A stretch of DNA of 64,000 nucleotides from Gemmatimonadota bacterium (GTDB lineage: Bacteria > Gemmatimonadota > Gemmatimonadetes > Gemmatimonadales > GWC2-71-9): assembly GCA_039586365.1 (NCBI GenBank), contig JBDHKN010000001.1:92964-156963 (forward strand), written 5' to 3'. This document shows positions 1 through 10,223 of the stretch, piece after piece. How positions within the stretch are numbered: position 1 is the first letter of the stretch; each line of letters opens with the position of its first letter. Below the pieces are notes generated by a model. It searched no databases, was not told the DNA's origin, and was given only the letters and a program-made list of their open reading frames with translations. The position numbers and the translations under genes were made by a program.

Positions 1-9
1 TGCCAAGGC

Positions 10-1635
10 CTAAGGGCCTCCCTCGATTACGCGCAACTCCACCCTGCGATTCAGGGCGCGCCCATCTCGCGTAGTGTTGGTGGCGATCGGTTGGTTTGAA
101 CCATAGCCATGGGCCTCCATCCGCTCGGGTGGGATTCCCTTGCGAGCGAGGTAGGCCATCACGGCCCTGGCACGTGAGAGTGAAAGCGGATTGTTGATTG
201 CGTCTGTGCCGGTCGCGTCTGTGTGTCCCGCGACTTCGATTCTAACGTCAGGGTATTCGAGCAGCGACGCAGCCACGGCGTCCAGGATCGAGTACGAATC
301 CTGAGTCAATCTGGATCTACTGGTCTCGAAATTGACCCCCTGAAGAACCAACGGGCCCCTTTCCCCTTGCCCTGTGACGAATTGGCCTTGCTCGATCACA
401 AACAGGACGGGGCATCCGCCAGAATCGACGGGATGGCCTGGTGCGGTGTTCGGGCAGCGATCGTTGTGATCAGGTACGCCATCTCCGTCGCTGTCCAGAC
501 CAGGTTCGCACCCGCGATCATCCACCTCCGTCCCTGGTGGTGTGCCTGGGCATTGGTCAATCGCGTCCAACACTCCGTCAGCGTCACTGTCCTCGGGGCA
601 GCCAGTCTCGCTAACCGGAACTCCAAACGGAGTGCCGGGGCATACGTCCAATCCATCGAACACTCCGTCTCCGTCACTGTCCACGGGACATCCCCTAACG
701 TTCACCTCAGCACCTGCAGGGGTATCGGGACACTGGTCCAATCCGTCAAACACCCCGTCCGTGTCTCCGTCTAGTGGACATCCTCGGGGATCTACGACAG
801 CTTCGGCAGGCGTGTCCGGGCAGCTGTCGATTCCGTCCAAGACTCCGTCCTCGTCGGTGTCGCTGGGGCAGCCTTGGGCGTCCACCGTTGCGCCGGCCTG
901 CGTGTCAGGACAGGCGTCTAGCCCGTCAAACACGAGATCCCTATCGGTATCTAGCGGGCAGCCACCGTCATCTACGGTAGCACCATGCGGCGTGTCAGGG
1001 CACCAGTCATTCTTGTCACCAACGAGATCACCGTCGGCGTCGCGCAGGCGACCTCCGAAAGCGTAGACTGACAACCCCACAACGGCGCTGAAATTGAGCT
1101 CCTTTTCCGAGCCTGCGACGAGATACGACCCACGTGCCTCCACGCGAAGCGCGGCGCGGCCGCCGACTGAAAGCCGGTCACCCAAAACGACGTGCGGACC
1201 GCTGTCTTCGTCGCGCCGGGCACCGCGGAAAAAGATCTTCTCGTACCCGGCTCCGCCGTAGACTGCATTCCACGGTGCCAAATTAGCGTGTGCCAACAGG
1301 GTCCCGCCGATCCGCGCAACGTTGACCGTGTTTTCGGTGCCAACGAAGCGGGTCCGCGTATAGTCACCGTTGCCTTCGAGCGAGAACAGACGGTGCAGGA
1401 AGAAGCCTAGCCTACCACCAGTGCCGAACTCGTTGTCGAAGCCGATGCTTTCGTCAAACGCTGTGAGCGCTCCGAGGGCCCCCAACTCCACTTGTCCGGC
1501 AGTGCCAACTTGCGCCGTGCACGGGGCAACCGCAGCCAAGTAGCTGAACAGGAGAGCGAGAGCGGTCACGCGACCGGGGAAACGCAGGTGTCTCGGCATG
1601 TCACACAATCTAAGGTTTCTAGGTTTCGCTGCCAC
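10..1635 (-). CDS. OmpA family outer membrane protein with thrombospondin type 3-like Ca-binding repeats
   Basis: Signal peptide, beta-barrel-like N-terminal region, seven DxDxDGVxDxxDxCP repeats, C-terminal OmpA motifs (GHTD, LSxxRAxAV, NRRVE). True start may lie downstream. Confidence 0.9.
   Translation of the reverse strand: MAAKPRNLRLCDMPRHLRFPGRVTALALLFSYLAAVAPCTAQVGTAGQVELGALGALTAFDESIGFDNEFGTGGRLGFFLHRLFSLEGNGDYTRTRFVGTENTVNVARIGGTLLAHANLAPWNAVYGGAGYEKIFFRGARRDEDSGPHVVLGDRLSVGGRAALRVEARGSYLVAGSEKELNFSAVVGLSVYAFGGRLRDADGDLVGDKNDWCPDTPHGATVDDGGCPLDTDRDLVFDGLDACPDTQAGATVDAQGCPSDTDEDGVLDGIDSCPDTPAEAVVDPRGCPLDGDTDGVFDGLDQCPDTPAGAEVNVRGCPVDSDGDGVFDGLDVCPGTPFGVPVSETGCPEDSDADGVLDAIDQCPGTPPGTEVDDRGCEPGLDSDGDGVPDHNDRCPNTAPGHPVDSGGCPVLFVIEQGQFVTGQGERGPLVLQGVNFETSRSRLTQDSYSILDAVAASLLEYPDVRIEVAGHTDATGTDAINNPLSLSRARAVMAYLARKGIPPERMEAHGYGSNQPIATNTTRDGRALNRRVELRVIEGGP
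406..1041 (-). repeat. Seven tandem coding repeats of about 90 bp (30 aa, TSP3-like)
   Basis: Units such as DSDGDGVFDGLDVCPGTPFGVPVSETGCPE in the translation. Confidence 0.9.
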
Positions 1636-1711
1636 GCTGTTTGGTCCAATCAGTTACTTCCTTACGAATCGGAATTAACATAATTGGAGGCCGACATTTC
1701 TGCGGCAGAGA

Positions 1712-3853
1712 TCACAAGTTGGCGTCTGCTTCAGGAGGCGATCTGTCCGCTTCCGGGTCGCGACCATCCAGCTTTCCCGTGGCGCTTGCCAACTCTTTCG
1801 CCAGCCTTGCGATCTCTCGGCTCCCGGTGATAAGCTGTTGTACCGCCTGGGCTTGTCCTGCAGAGGCGGTGGAGACGAGTGCGGCCTCGTTGGCGGACCG
1901 ATCGGCAGCCGTCAGTGCCTCGATCAGCATTCGGCTAGTCTCACGTGCCAAATCGATGTTGTCCTTGGGCAGCGTGGCCAGGTGACTCCCAGCTTCACGG
2001 GTGGCCTCGGCGGAGTCGACGACTTGGGCTAGGTCGCCGCTCCATTTGGCGGAGGTATCTGCCAACTGGCTGAGCTGGCTGCCCAGATCTTCCAGTACCT
2101 GGGCCGCACGATCAATGGCCTGGCGAGCGTCCCTTGCGCTGCGGCCGATGCTTTGCGCCGCTTCAGCGCTTTGTTCCGCGAGCTTCCTGACTTCGTCCGC
2201 AACCACAGCGAAACCCTTGCCATGACTTCCGGTTCTGGAAGCCTCAATCGTCGCGTTGAGTGCCAGGAGGTTGGTCTGGTTGGCAATTACGGCAATTGTA
2301 TCCGAGAATTCCTCAACGTCCTTCGCGGCGTCTCGCAAGTGGCTTACCTCTGCCACTCCCATCTCGATGGTTGAGCCGAGGCGTGACAACTCTGCAACCG
2401 CACGCGAACTCGTTTGGTGAACATCGAGAGCTATTTGTGAGACGGAGGAAGTCGTTGCTGCAGTTCGGGTCGCGGCTTGAATCGTGTTCTCAAGACCCCC
2501 GATCAATCTCTCGAGTATCTCTGCAGCCTGCTGTGCTTGGTCCATTGCGCGCTTGGCATCTGTTTCCGCTTTATCAGCGCTACTGGCCACTACTCCGGCC
2601 TTCTCCCTGATAGCTTCGCACGCAGCCGTGAGCTGCGTCGCGTATTGGACCGTCCTGTCGGAAGACCGCAACGCAGGCTCGAGGGCTGAAAGAAGGTTCA
2701 AGGACAGTGCGAACTGCGGTGCCAGCAAGCTAAGGAGCTCGCCGTCTGCACTGCGGTAGACGGCGGGATCTGAATGGCGCACACTCCAAGTTCCCGCCAA
2801 GCGCGCCCCCTGTAGCAGTGGGACTACGATCTCGGAACCCAGCGCGTCTCCGGCTGATGGGATGAAATCGTTCCGGTTCAAGACGCTCGCGACGACTGGC
2901 CGACCCCGCCGAACGGCTTCCGCTACCGTCCCGCTGGTTGCGTCGAGCCGGGTTCCAGCAAGCAGTTCTGTATCTGCTATAACGAGAAGTTCGCCAGCCG
3001 CGGCGTCGTACCGCGAGAACCCCATGTTCTCCCACGGTACCAAGCGGGCAGTCAGTTCCTGGATGCGGGGAAGACTGCTCTGGATGTGGACTTCGGCCGC
3101 AACTGTGTCGGCCAATCCTTGGACAAGGCGGAGTTCGTCAGCGCGAACTGCCGAACGGATTACCCAATAGGCAAGCCAGCCGATACAGAGGAAGACGACG
3201 GAGATAGTGGCGGTCGGTCCAATAGGAATCCCGGCGGTGAGCAAGCCAACCCACGCAATTGCGAGCGCGCTTCCGGCGAGGGATGTGACCGCCTCCCACC
3301 TCAGTGTCACCTGCGCATCTATCCAAGCCGATCTCGTCGACTGCGACAGTTCGAGGTAGAAGGTCGCGTTCACGACGAACGGGAGCAATACGATAGCTGC
3401 GGCAAGGGGCAGTAGGTTCTGTATGTCCACTGCCGCGGATCCTGTTGCTCCACCTATGTTGACATACAGCAGGCCGATTAGGCCTGTGGCCAGGGCTAGG
3501 TGTCCAGTGTTTCCCAAAGCTTCCCAAGCGGGAATGCGCCGCAATCCCATCTCGCCAACGATCATTCCAACGCTCACGACCACGACCGCGAACTCCCAGC
3601 CGCGAAGTAGCAGGCTAGCCACCGCAACGCCGGTGACGAAGGATGCGACTCCACGACCAGGGAGAGGGATGCTGAAGAGACGGCTGCCTGCCGTGGCTGT
3701 GCCAAAGATCAGGAATTGAAGTGCGAATCCGCCGGTTCGTAGCTCTGGGTTCACTAGGATACCTACAACAGCTAGTGCGAAGAGGCTCGAGCCGCCGAGT
3801 TCTACTACAAGCCGGAGCCAGCGAGTCCGTGGGGTCATGGTTGGCACAGTCAC
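1712..3853 (-). CDS. Methyl-accepting chemotaxis protein with multi-TM N-terminus and GAF-like domain
   Basis: MCP hairpin signature [38 protein letters not shown]; GAF-like SEIVVPL segment; several hydrophobic helices. Confidence 0.85.
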   Translation of the reverse strand: MTVPTMTPRTRWLRLVVELGGSSLFALAVVGILVNPELRTGGFALQFLIFGTATAGSRLFSIPLPGRGVASFVTGVAVASLLLRGWEFAVVVVSVGMIVGEMGLRRIPAWEALGNTGHLALATGLIGLLYVNIGGATGSAAVDIQNLLPLAAAIVLLPFVVNATFYLELSQSTRSAWIDAQVTLRWEAVTSLAGSALAIAWVGLLTAGIPIGPTATISVVFLCIGWLAYWVIRSAVRADELRLVQGLADTVAAEVHIQSSLPRIQELTARLVPWENMGFSRYDAAAGELLVIADTELLAGTRLDATSGTVAEAVRRGRPVVASVLNRNDFIPSAGDALGSEIVVPLLQGARLAGTWSVRHSDPAVYRSADGELLSLLAPQFALSLNLLSALEPALRSSDRTVQYATQLTAACEAIREKAGVVASSADKAETDAKRAMDQAQQAAEILERLIGGLENTIQAATRTAATTSSVSQIALDVHQTSSRAVAELSRLGSTIEMGVAEVSHLRDAAKDVEEFSDTIAVIANQTNLLALNATIEASRTGSHGKGFAVVADEVRKLAEQSAEAAQSIGRSARDARQAIDRAAQVLEDLGSQLSQLADTSAKWSGDLAQVVDSAEATREAGSHLATLPKDNIDLARETSRMLIEALTAADRSANEAALVSTASAGQAQAVQQLITGSREIARLAKELASATGKLDGRDPEADRSPPEADANL

Positions 3854-4007
3854 CTAGTCGTCTCGCACTCAGAGATTCGGGGTAAGCGGCGGGAATCTTG
3901 TGCCACTGAGGGAAAAGTGCAAGCGTCGTTGGAGTCATGCGAGCCAGATGGCCGTGCGGCAGTTGAAACCATTACTTTACTCTTTGAATATGGAGATGGA
4001 GGCAAGC

Positions 4008-4238
4008 ATGAAGGTCAGCATTCAGTATTGCGTTGTCTGAAATTATGAACCGCGGGCCGTCAGTCTGGCGGCCGAGATAGAGCAGGCGTTCCCCGGGACG
4101 GAGGTTGAACTGATTGGTAGCTCGGGTGGTGCCTTCGAGGTAACGGTGCACGGGGCTTTGGTCTTCTCCAAACTACAGATCGGACGCCATGCTGAGCCAG
4201 GCGAAGTGGTTGGGCTGATCCGAGGACAGATCAACTAG
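4008..4238 (+). CDS. SelW/SelT/SelH (Rdx family) selenoprotein, 76 aa, Sec codon TGA at 4038-4040
   Basis: Manual translation MKVSIQYCVV(U)NYEPRAVSLAAEIEQAFPGTEVELIGSSGGAFEVTVHGALVFSK...; CxxU and GxFEV...VFSK Rdx motifs; GGAGG RBS upstream. Confidence 0.9.
4055..4073 (+). promoter_or_regulatory. Candidate bacterial SECIS hairpin
   Basis: GGCCGTCA-GTC-TGGCGGCC stem starting 14 nt after the in-frame TGA, with a G-first apical loop. Confidence 0.7.
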
Positions 4239-4258
4239 TTCAGAGGGAGATTCGGACT

Positions 4259-5371
4259 ATGACGGGGGCATACGGCGTGTTCTCTGGCTCGAAGCGAATC
4301 GCAGTCTCAACAGGCGGTGGCGATGCGCCAGGTTTGAATGCCGTTATTCGGGCTGTGGTTCATGCGGGCCTGAATCGCGGTTGGGAAGTCATGGGCGTAA
4401 AGCGAGGCTTTGGCGGCCTGCTCGGGGAGACCCAGGTGTGGTCCTTGGACCGGGAAGATGTCCGAGGCTTGACCAATGAAGGGGGGACCATTCTCGGCAC
4501 CACGAATAGGGGCAATCCTTTCCGGTGGCCCAGCAGACAACCGGATGGCACCTGGGTGGAGGTTGACCGATCCGACGAGGTCGTCGAGACAGCCAGGCTG
4601 CTTGGTATCAACGCGCTCATTGCAGTGGGCGGCGACGGGACCTTGAGGATTGCCAGTGATCTAGCCGAGAAGGGTCTCCCTGTGGTTGGGGTGCCGAAGA
4701 CTATCGATAACGATGTCGCAGGTACCTGGATGACGTTCGGATTCGACACGGCGGTGAACACAGCGACGGATGCCTTTGACAAGATAGAGTCCACTGCAGA
4801 GAGTCATGAACGAGTCATGGTTGTCGAGTTGATGGGCCGTTATGCTGGGTGGATAACGTTGCATGCAGGCCTTGCCGGGAGCGTTCATGTCATTCTGATT
4901 CCGGAGATCCCCTTTGATCTCGAGAAGGTCTGCGACAAGATACGTCAAAGGGAGGCTCTGGGACGTCACTTCAGCGTGGTGGCGGTCGCCGAGGGCGCGG
5001 TCCCGGCGGGTGGAGCGGCAGTCCTCAAGGCAGAGGCGATATCCGGCGGCGTGGAGAGACTGGGCGGCATAGCAAATCTTGTCGCTGAGTATGTTCAGAA
5101 GCGCACCAACAAGGAGGCCCGTACTGTCACTCTTGGTCACCTCCAACGAGGTGGCAGGCCGACCACTTTTGACCGACTTCTTGCGTTGCGCTTTGGCGCT
5201 GCAGCGGTGAGGGCTGTTGAAGAGGGACGCGTCGGCCACATGGTGGCTTTTCATCCCCCCGACGTCACCACGGTTCCGCTTCAGGAAGCCCTGGCGGCGC
5301 CTAAGCTAGTTCCCCTGGATTGCGATCAGATAAGGACGGCAAGGGACCTGGGCATCTGTCTGGGAGATTGA
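4259..5371 (+). CDS. pfkA: 6-phosphofructokinase (probably ATP-dependent, group III type)
   Basis: GGGDAPGLN, GGDGT, PKTIDND, MGR and LGHLQRGG motifs. Confidence 0.93.
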   Translation: MTGAYGVFSGSKRIAVSTGGGDAPGLNAVIRAVVHAGLNRGWEVMGVKRGFGGLLGETQVWSLDREDVRGLTNEGGTILGTTNRGNPFRWPSRQPDGTWVEVDRSDEVVETARLLGINALIAVGGDGTLRIASDLAEKGLPVVGVPKTIDNDVAGTWMTFGFDTAVNTATDAFDKIESTAESHERVMVVELMGRYAGWITLHAGLAGSVHVILIPEIPFDLEKVCDKIRQREALGRHFSVVAVAEGAVPAGGAAVLKAEAISGGVERLGGIANLVAEYVQKRTNKEARTVTLGHLQRGGRPTTFDRLLALRFGAAAVRAVEEGRVGHMVAFHPPDVTTVPLQEALAAPKLVPLDCDQIRTARDLGICLGD

Positions 5372-5447
5372 GAGGGTGGGAGGGCGCAATTTGTTCCGCA
5401 CGCCCTCTCATCTCCAGCCCCTGGCCTCACTACATCGTTGTGTTGAG

Positions 5448-6770
5448 CTAGGCAGCTGCGGCCGTAGCCTCTGCTGGTATCTCGAGTTCACCCTCCGTCT
5501 TGGCCACCCACACGGCACAAGTGGTGTCACCGGTCACGTTCAGCATCGTCCTGGCCATGTCGAGTATTCGTTCCACGCCGACCACGAGCGCAATTCCTTC
5601 GAGCGGGATTCCCAGTTGTGTCAGAACGATGGTCAAGGTGACCATGCCGATTCCAGGAACACCGGCCGCACCAATGGAAGCCAGGGTAGCTGTCAGCACC
5701 ACGGTCAGTAGATCAGTGAACCCCAGGGAGATCCCGAACACCTGTGCTATGAAGATGGTGCTTACGCCCTGGTATATCGCCGTGCCGTTCATGTTCACGG
5801 TAGCACCAAGCGGCAGCACAAAAGCCGCAACGTCATTGGAGACGCCAAGTTCTTCTTCGGTCACCTGAAGGTTGATTGGCAGCGTCGCATTGCTCGACGA
5901 CGTGGAGAACGCGAACACCATAACCTCATAGAATTTCCTGAAGAAGAACAGGGGTGACATTCCTGAGAGCTTGATCGACGTCGGATAGAAAGTGATCGCA
6001 AACAGAGCCATAGTACCGATGGTGACCAACACGTACTTGAGCAGCGTGAGTAGGACGCCATATCCAAACTGAGCAGATACTGCAGCGATCAGTGCGAACA
6101 CACCGTAGGGTGCGATCTTCATCACCATCTTCACCAGCACGATCATGGCGTCGTTCACCGCGTTCAGGACATCCATGATCGGTTTTCGGCGATCTTCAGG
6201 CAATATGGTCAGCGAGACCCCGAACAGGAGTGCAAAGAATATGATCTGCAGGAAGTTGGTATCCGCCATCGCTCGAAACGGATTCCTAGGGATGATCCGC
6301 ACAAGGAGATCGGTGATCGAAGGCTTCTCGGTTACCCGCTCGAGTTGCTCTGCAGTGACGCCGGCGTAGTCGGTCAGCATCCGCGCCTTCACGTCTTCGT
6401 CCATGCCGGCGCCTGGGTTGAATGTCTTCCCAGCTGCGAGTCCGAATGCAACAGCCAGTGCAGTCGCAACCAAGTAATATCCGACCGTCTTCATGCCGAT
6501 CCTGCCCAGCTTGCGCAAATCACCCAGGCTTGCCGTACCCACTATCAGTGAAGCCATCACGAGTGGTACGACAATCATTATCAGCATATTGATGAAGGCA
6601 TCGCCGATCGGCTTGATCCCAACCGCCACGTTGCCCAGCAGCGGGACGTCGCGAAGCGCCGGACCCATAACCGCTCCGAGTATCAGGCCGATCAAGATCT
6701 TCGTATGCAGCTTCATGCCCCGGATCTTACCGAGCATGCTCCTGGATTGGGATCTGTTGTCGCTGTCCAC
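5448..6770 (-). CDS. Dicarboxylate/amino acid:cation symporter (DAACS)
   Basis: FSTSSSNATLP, LPLGATVNMNGT and DMARTMLNVTGD motifs. Confidence 0.92.
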   Translation of the reverse strand: MDSDNRSQSRSMLGKIRGMKLHTKILIGLILGAVMGPALRDVPLLGNVAVGIKPIGDAFINMLIMIVVPLVMASLIVGTASLGDLRKLGRIGMKTVGYYLVATALAVAFGLAAGKTFNPGAGMDEDVKARMLTDYAGVTAEQLERVTEKPSITDLLVRIIPRNPFRAMADTNFLQIIFFALLFGVSLTILPEDRRKPIMDVLNAVNDAMIVLVKMVMKIAPYGVFALIAAVSAQFGYGVLLTLLKYVLVTIGTMALFAITFYPTSIKLSGMSPLFFFRKFYEVMVFAFSTSSSNATLPINLQVTEEELGVSNDVAAFVLPLGATVNMNGTAIYQGVSTIFIAQVFGISLGFTDLLTVVLTATLASIGAAGVPGIGMVTLTIVLTQLGIPLEGIALVVGVERILDMARTMLNVTGDTTCAVWVAKTEGELEIPAEATAAAA

Positions 6771-6911
6771 AAGAGATTCCTCGTTAGCTGAATGGGATGC
6801 AATCTATCACCGCGGAACGGTCGTGGGGACTTAGGCTGCAAATCAGGTCCGGTCGGAGTATAGACCGAGATCATCAGGTGGAAAGGCGTTAAAGCTAGTA
6901 TTGTTGTCCAT

Positions 6912-9458
6912 ATGTCGGTGCAATCCAAGATCCGAGACCATTATCTCCCGCCGAATCCGGAGGAATACCTCCGGGCGGAGCCAGCCACTGGTCGAGTCAT
7001 CGTTATCGCACCAACGCGAGCTGCATGTGAGACCATTGAACTGGCCATGCAGCTGAGTATCGAGACCGTGCTTGAGCGCGAGCACGGGTCGGAAATCCGA
7101 CAGCTGGCGCGTCGGGGAGAAGGGTTCGGTATCATGGCCGGCACCGGAACGGGCAAGACTCTGAGTATTAGACCAATCGCCGCGGAGATCCTCCAGACGG
7201 AGCTCCGCGTGGGAGTAGTCAATCGGGAACGTGAGGCTACTCCTGAAACACCGACCTGGAATGTCGTGATAGTCACGACGGGCATAGCCCGACGCTGGTT
7301 CCAGGACAACCTGATAGTCCCTCAGGACACGTTGGTGGTTGATGAGATCCATCAAACCTCCGCGGAACTGGAACTATGCCTCGCACTCGGGAGGCGCGTT
7401 GGGTGTCGATTCATCTGGCTCTCCGCGACGGTGGATCCATCCTTCTATGCAGAGTACCTGAATTCATCTTCAGTACTGGAGACCACGGCCTTCGATCCGG
7501 AACGGGCCGCCCGGGTCGTGGTAAGAGCCACAGAGCCACTTGAGTTCCTCGACACCAAGTTCGTTAGGAGGCTGGTGAAGGGAGGGCGAGGCGCTGCCGT
7601 CTTCTTACCGACACGCGCTGAAGTAGAGCAGGTGGCTGCAGAGTTGGGTTGGCGTTGGGACCGTCTCAACGCTGCCTTCTACCACGGTGGCGAGCCCATA
7701 CGCGCGATTAGGCCCTTCTTGGAAGGAACGGCTGAGAAACCCTTCGTTCTAGCGATGACCCAAGCGGGACAGTCAGCGCTGAACATCCATGGTCTCGACA
7801 CGGTAATCATATACGATGCCTGCTATAACACCGTTGTTGATAAGGGCCGCAGAGTACTCACTCGCCAGTACCTGGGGGCCAATGAGATCCTTCAGATGGC
7901 AGGCCGGGTCCACGGAAGAGTACCGAACGGTGAGGTCTATATTCTCACCGATCGCGAGGTCGATTTCCCATCCCTGATTCCAACACCGCCGGCATTTCAG
8001 CTCGCTGGTGACAGCGAGAGAGTTGCCCTCACGGCCGCGGCGCTGAACATCGATCTGGCTGAGCTGGACCTCCCTGTGCCGCTCGACCGCAAGGCCTACC
8101 GCGAGTCACTGAAACGACTTACCGCCAGGGGTCTGGTCAAGAATGGGCGTCTGACGAGCTATGGACACGACGTGGAGACTATGCCGGTGGACCGTCCCTG
8201 GGCAGAGCTGCTGGTACACGCTGACGACGACCTTATTCATTACGTGGCGGTCTGCGCCAACATCGATTCGCTACATCGGATGACCCGTGACGAGCCTGAC
8301 CTGGGTGGGTTGATCGTTCCGGGTAGCGATCATTTGACCGGCTACACCGTTTTCGCCGAAGCAGTGGAGAAGTGTGGCTTTCTGGGGCAGGTGTACGGCC
8401 TGGCGCGACACCTCTTCGTGGAGGAAGTGGATGACTGGGCTGAAAGGCGTGGCGTGTTGGTCAAGGTGCTGGAAGATACAGCCCTCGGGCTGGCGTCTGT
8501 GATGCGAACGCTTGAGAGGCCTTTGAGGCGAAAACTCCCGCACGTCACTCGGGAAGGTGTATTGCGTTTTCGCGACCTGGTCGCTCGCATCATGCCGTTT
8601 GAACTGGCAATCGAAAACGAGACGGTGAGCGGGGAACGTGTCCGGCTCTCCCGGTCATCGGTATGCAGTGGGAACTCGGCAGTTGCAGGTACCGTGACCT
8701 ATTTTGCGGATCGGTTCGGTATCCCGCGAGCAGCCATAGAAGGAACCGACATCCCGTTTAGTCTCATCCAGAAATATGCGAGTCTGAGTACACCCACTGT
8801 GGAGTTCCGCAGCGGTTCCAAGCGGCCGGGACTATTCGTCACGCAGACCAAGGAGTACTTCGGCTTCGAACTGAGCCTTGAACATAGGCCGTTGACGGGC
8901 GAGTTCCCAAGCCAACTGGCGGAACGGTCTCGTGATGCGCTGGTTACAGGATTGCTGGCGGGCGCAACGTCGCACACCGACCAGCAGCGGCTCTCGAGGA
9001 CGCTCAGTCGAATAAACGAATACTGGCGTCGGTCAGGAGGGACCCTGGAGGAGGTTCGGCCCGAGCGGGCGGAGCGGCTCCTCAGGGAGCAGGTGCAAAA
9101 GGTCGGGAGTTGGAATGAGTTCCTCAATACGGCGATAGGGCTTGATCTCGAGGGCTCAGTTCCGTTGTCTCGCAAGAGCGACCTGGACGCATTGCCAACG
9201 TCAGTTCGGTTGCTGGGCGATCGGGTCCCGCTCTGCTACGACTTTGAAGCCGGACAACCGATCGTTCGGATCAGGTTGAGAGAGGGCCAAGCCAGAAGGC
9301 TCAGAGCACGCGACCTCCCTGGCCTGGACAGGCCTGTGAGGTTCAGTGTGTACCGGGGCAAGCGGGAGGTCGTTCGAGCTTCGTCCCTAGAAGAACTGCA
9401 GCAGCTCGTACGCGAGCTGCCCGACCACCGCCCGCGGAGACGTAGCCGCGGCCACTAG
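6912..9458 (+). CDS. DEAH/RHA-type SF2 helicase (HrpB-like)
   Basis: AGTGTGKT, DEIH, SAT and QMAGRVHGR motifs; HrpB-like C-terminal region (inferred). Confidence 0.8.
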   Translation: MSVQSKIRDHYLPPNPEEYLRAEPATGRVIVIAPTRAACETIELAMQLSIETVLEREHGSEIRQLARRGEGFGIMAGTGTGKTLSIRPIAAEILQTELRVGVVNREREATPETPTWNVVIVTTGIARRWFQDNLIVPQDTLVVDEIHQTSAELELCLALGRRVGCRFIWLSATVDPSFYAEYLNSSSVLETTAFDPERAARVVVRATEPLEFLDTKFVRRLVKGGRGAAVFLPTRAEVEQVAAELGWRWDRLNAAFYHGGEPIRAIRPFLEGTAEKPFVLAMTQAGQSALNIHGLDTVIIYDACYNTVVDKGRRVLTRQYLGANEILQMAGRVHGRVPNGEVYILTDREVDFPSLIPTPPAFQLAGDSERVALTAAALNIDLAELDLPVPLDRKAYRESLKRLTARGLVKNGRLTSYGHDVETMPVDRPWAELLVHADDDLIHYVAVCANIDSLHRMTRDEPDLGGLIVPGSDHLTGYTVFAEAVEKCGFLGQVYGLARHLFVEEVDDWAERRGVLVKVLEDTALGLASVMRTLERPLRRKLPHVTREGVLRFRDLVARIMPFELAIENETVSGERVRLSRSSVCSGNSAVAGTVTYFADRFGIPRAAIEGTDIPFSLIQKYASLSTPTVEFRSGSKRPGLFVTQTKEYFGFELSLEHRPLTGEFPSQLAERSRDALVTGLLAGATSHTDQQRLSRTLSRINEYWRRSGGTLEEVRPERAERLLREQVQKVGSWNEFLNTAIGLDLEGSVPLSRKSDLDALPTSVRLLGDRVPLCYDFEAGQPIVRIRLREGQARRLRARDLPGLDRPVRFSVYRGKREVVRASSLEELQQLVRELPDHRPRRRSRGH

Positions 9459-10039
9459 CCACGCCCAGTAGTCAGATTGAGAATACCTAACCATGCCGCA
9501 GCGTAGGCACCTTCCAGTTCTGTCCTGTTCGCTCCGCTCAACAGTTGTAGCCCCATCCCGTTCAGCACCGCTCCCAGCAGCCAACCAATCTCGTTGGCGG
9601 GTACAGTTAGCGCCAAGTCCATTCTGTCCCGCAGCATTCGTACTAGTGCATCCCCAAGCGAGTGGCTGAACTCGCTATACATAGTTTTGGCCGTCTGGTC
9701 AGTCAATAGATCTTCGCGACTGAGCAGTGAGTTCCAGGCTCGTATAGTGCCGGATTCTGACTCTTCGGTCAGTAACGTCCAGGTGCGTTCCAGCGCGGCC
9801 GTGGGTGTCTCGGCATCGAACGCCGCCGACCAACTTCTAGCTCTCGCCGCTGCTATCCGATAGGCCACCGCCTTCATGAGTCCCTGCTTAGTCTTGAAAT
9901 GGTAGTGGATCAGACCCTTTGCCACGCCGGTCGATCGGGCCACGTCTTCAACCGTGACCGGTTCAGACCCTTTCCGCTTCACTAGTTCCTCGGCCTTTTC
10001 CAAGATACCTTCCCTCGCCTGCCCTCTTCGTGCCACCAT
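9455..10039 (-). CDS. TetR/AcrR family transcriptional regulator
   Basis: N-terminal HTH VTVEDVARSTGVAKGLIHYHFKTK; GGAGG RBS. Confidence 0.92.
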   Translation of the reverse strand: MVARRGQAREGILEKAEELVKRKGSEPVTVEDVARSTGVAKGLIHYHFKTKQGLMKAVAYRIAAARARSWSAAFDAETPTAALERTWTLLTEESESGTIRAWNSLLSREDLLTDQTAKTMYSEFSHSLGDALVRMLRDRMDLALTVPANEIGWLLGAVLNGMGLQLLSGANRTELEGAYAAAWLGILNLTTGRG

Positions 10040-10101
10040 GGCTTACCTCCTAACTGGCTGACCAGACAATATGGGACGAGTGGGCGTCCGTCGGCAATAC
10101 T

Positions 10102-10115
10102 TGACTAGGCGGTCA
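10102..10115. promoter_or_regulatory. Candidate TetR operator palindrome TGACT-AGGC-GGTCA
   Basis: Imperfect inverted repeat in the divergent intergenic region, overlapping a TTGACT hexamer. Confidence 0.4.
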
Positions 10116-10223
10116 CGTTTGGTGAGTTGGCGTCCCCGGGTGGCCGGACCTTGCGGACGGTTAATTCTGAAACCTGTGGTCTCTTGGCAGCGTACAGACT
10201 GTTGCACAACCATAGGGAGTGCG

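Noticed and set aside
406-1041. 90-bp periodicity as a DNA-level repeat element
   Set aside because: Fully explained by TSP3-like protein repeats with diverged codons
9687-9706. TTGACTGACCAGACGGCCAA inside tetR as a second operator or internal promoter (shares TGACCAGAC with the upstream region)
   Set aside because: Weak dyad and poor -10; could be chance within coding sequence
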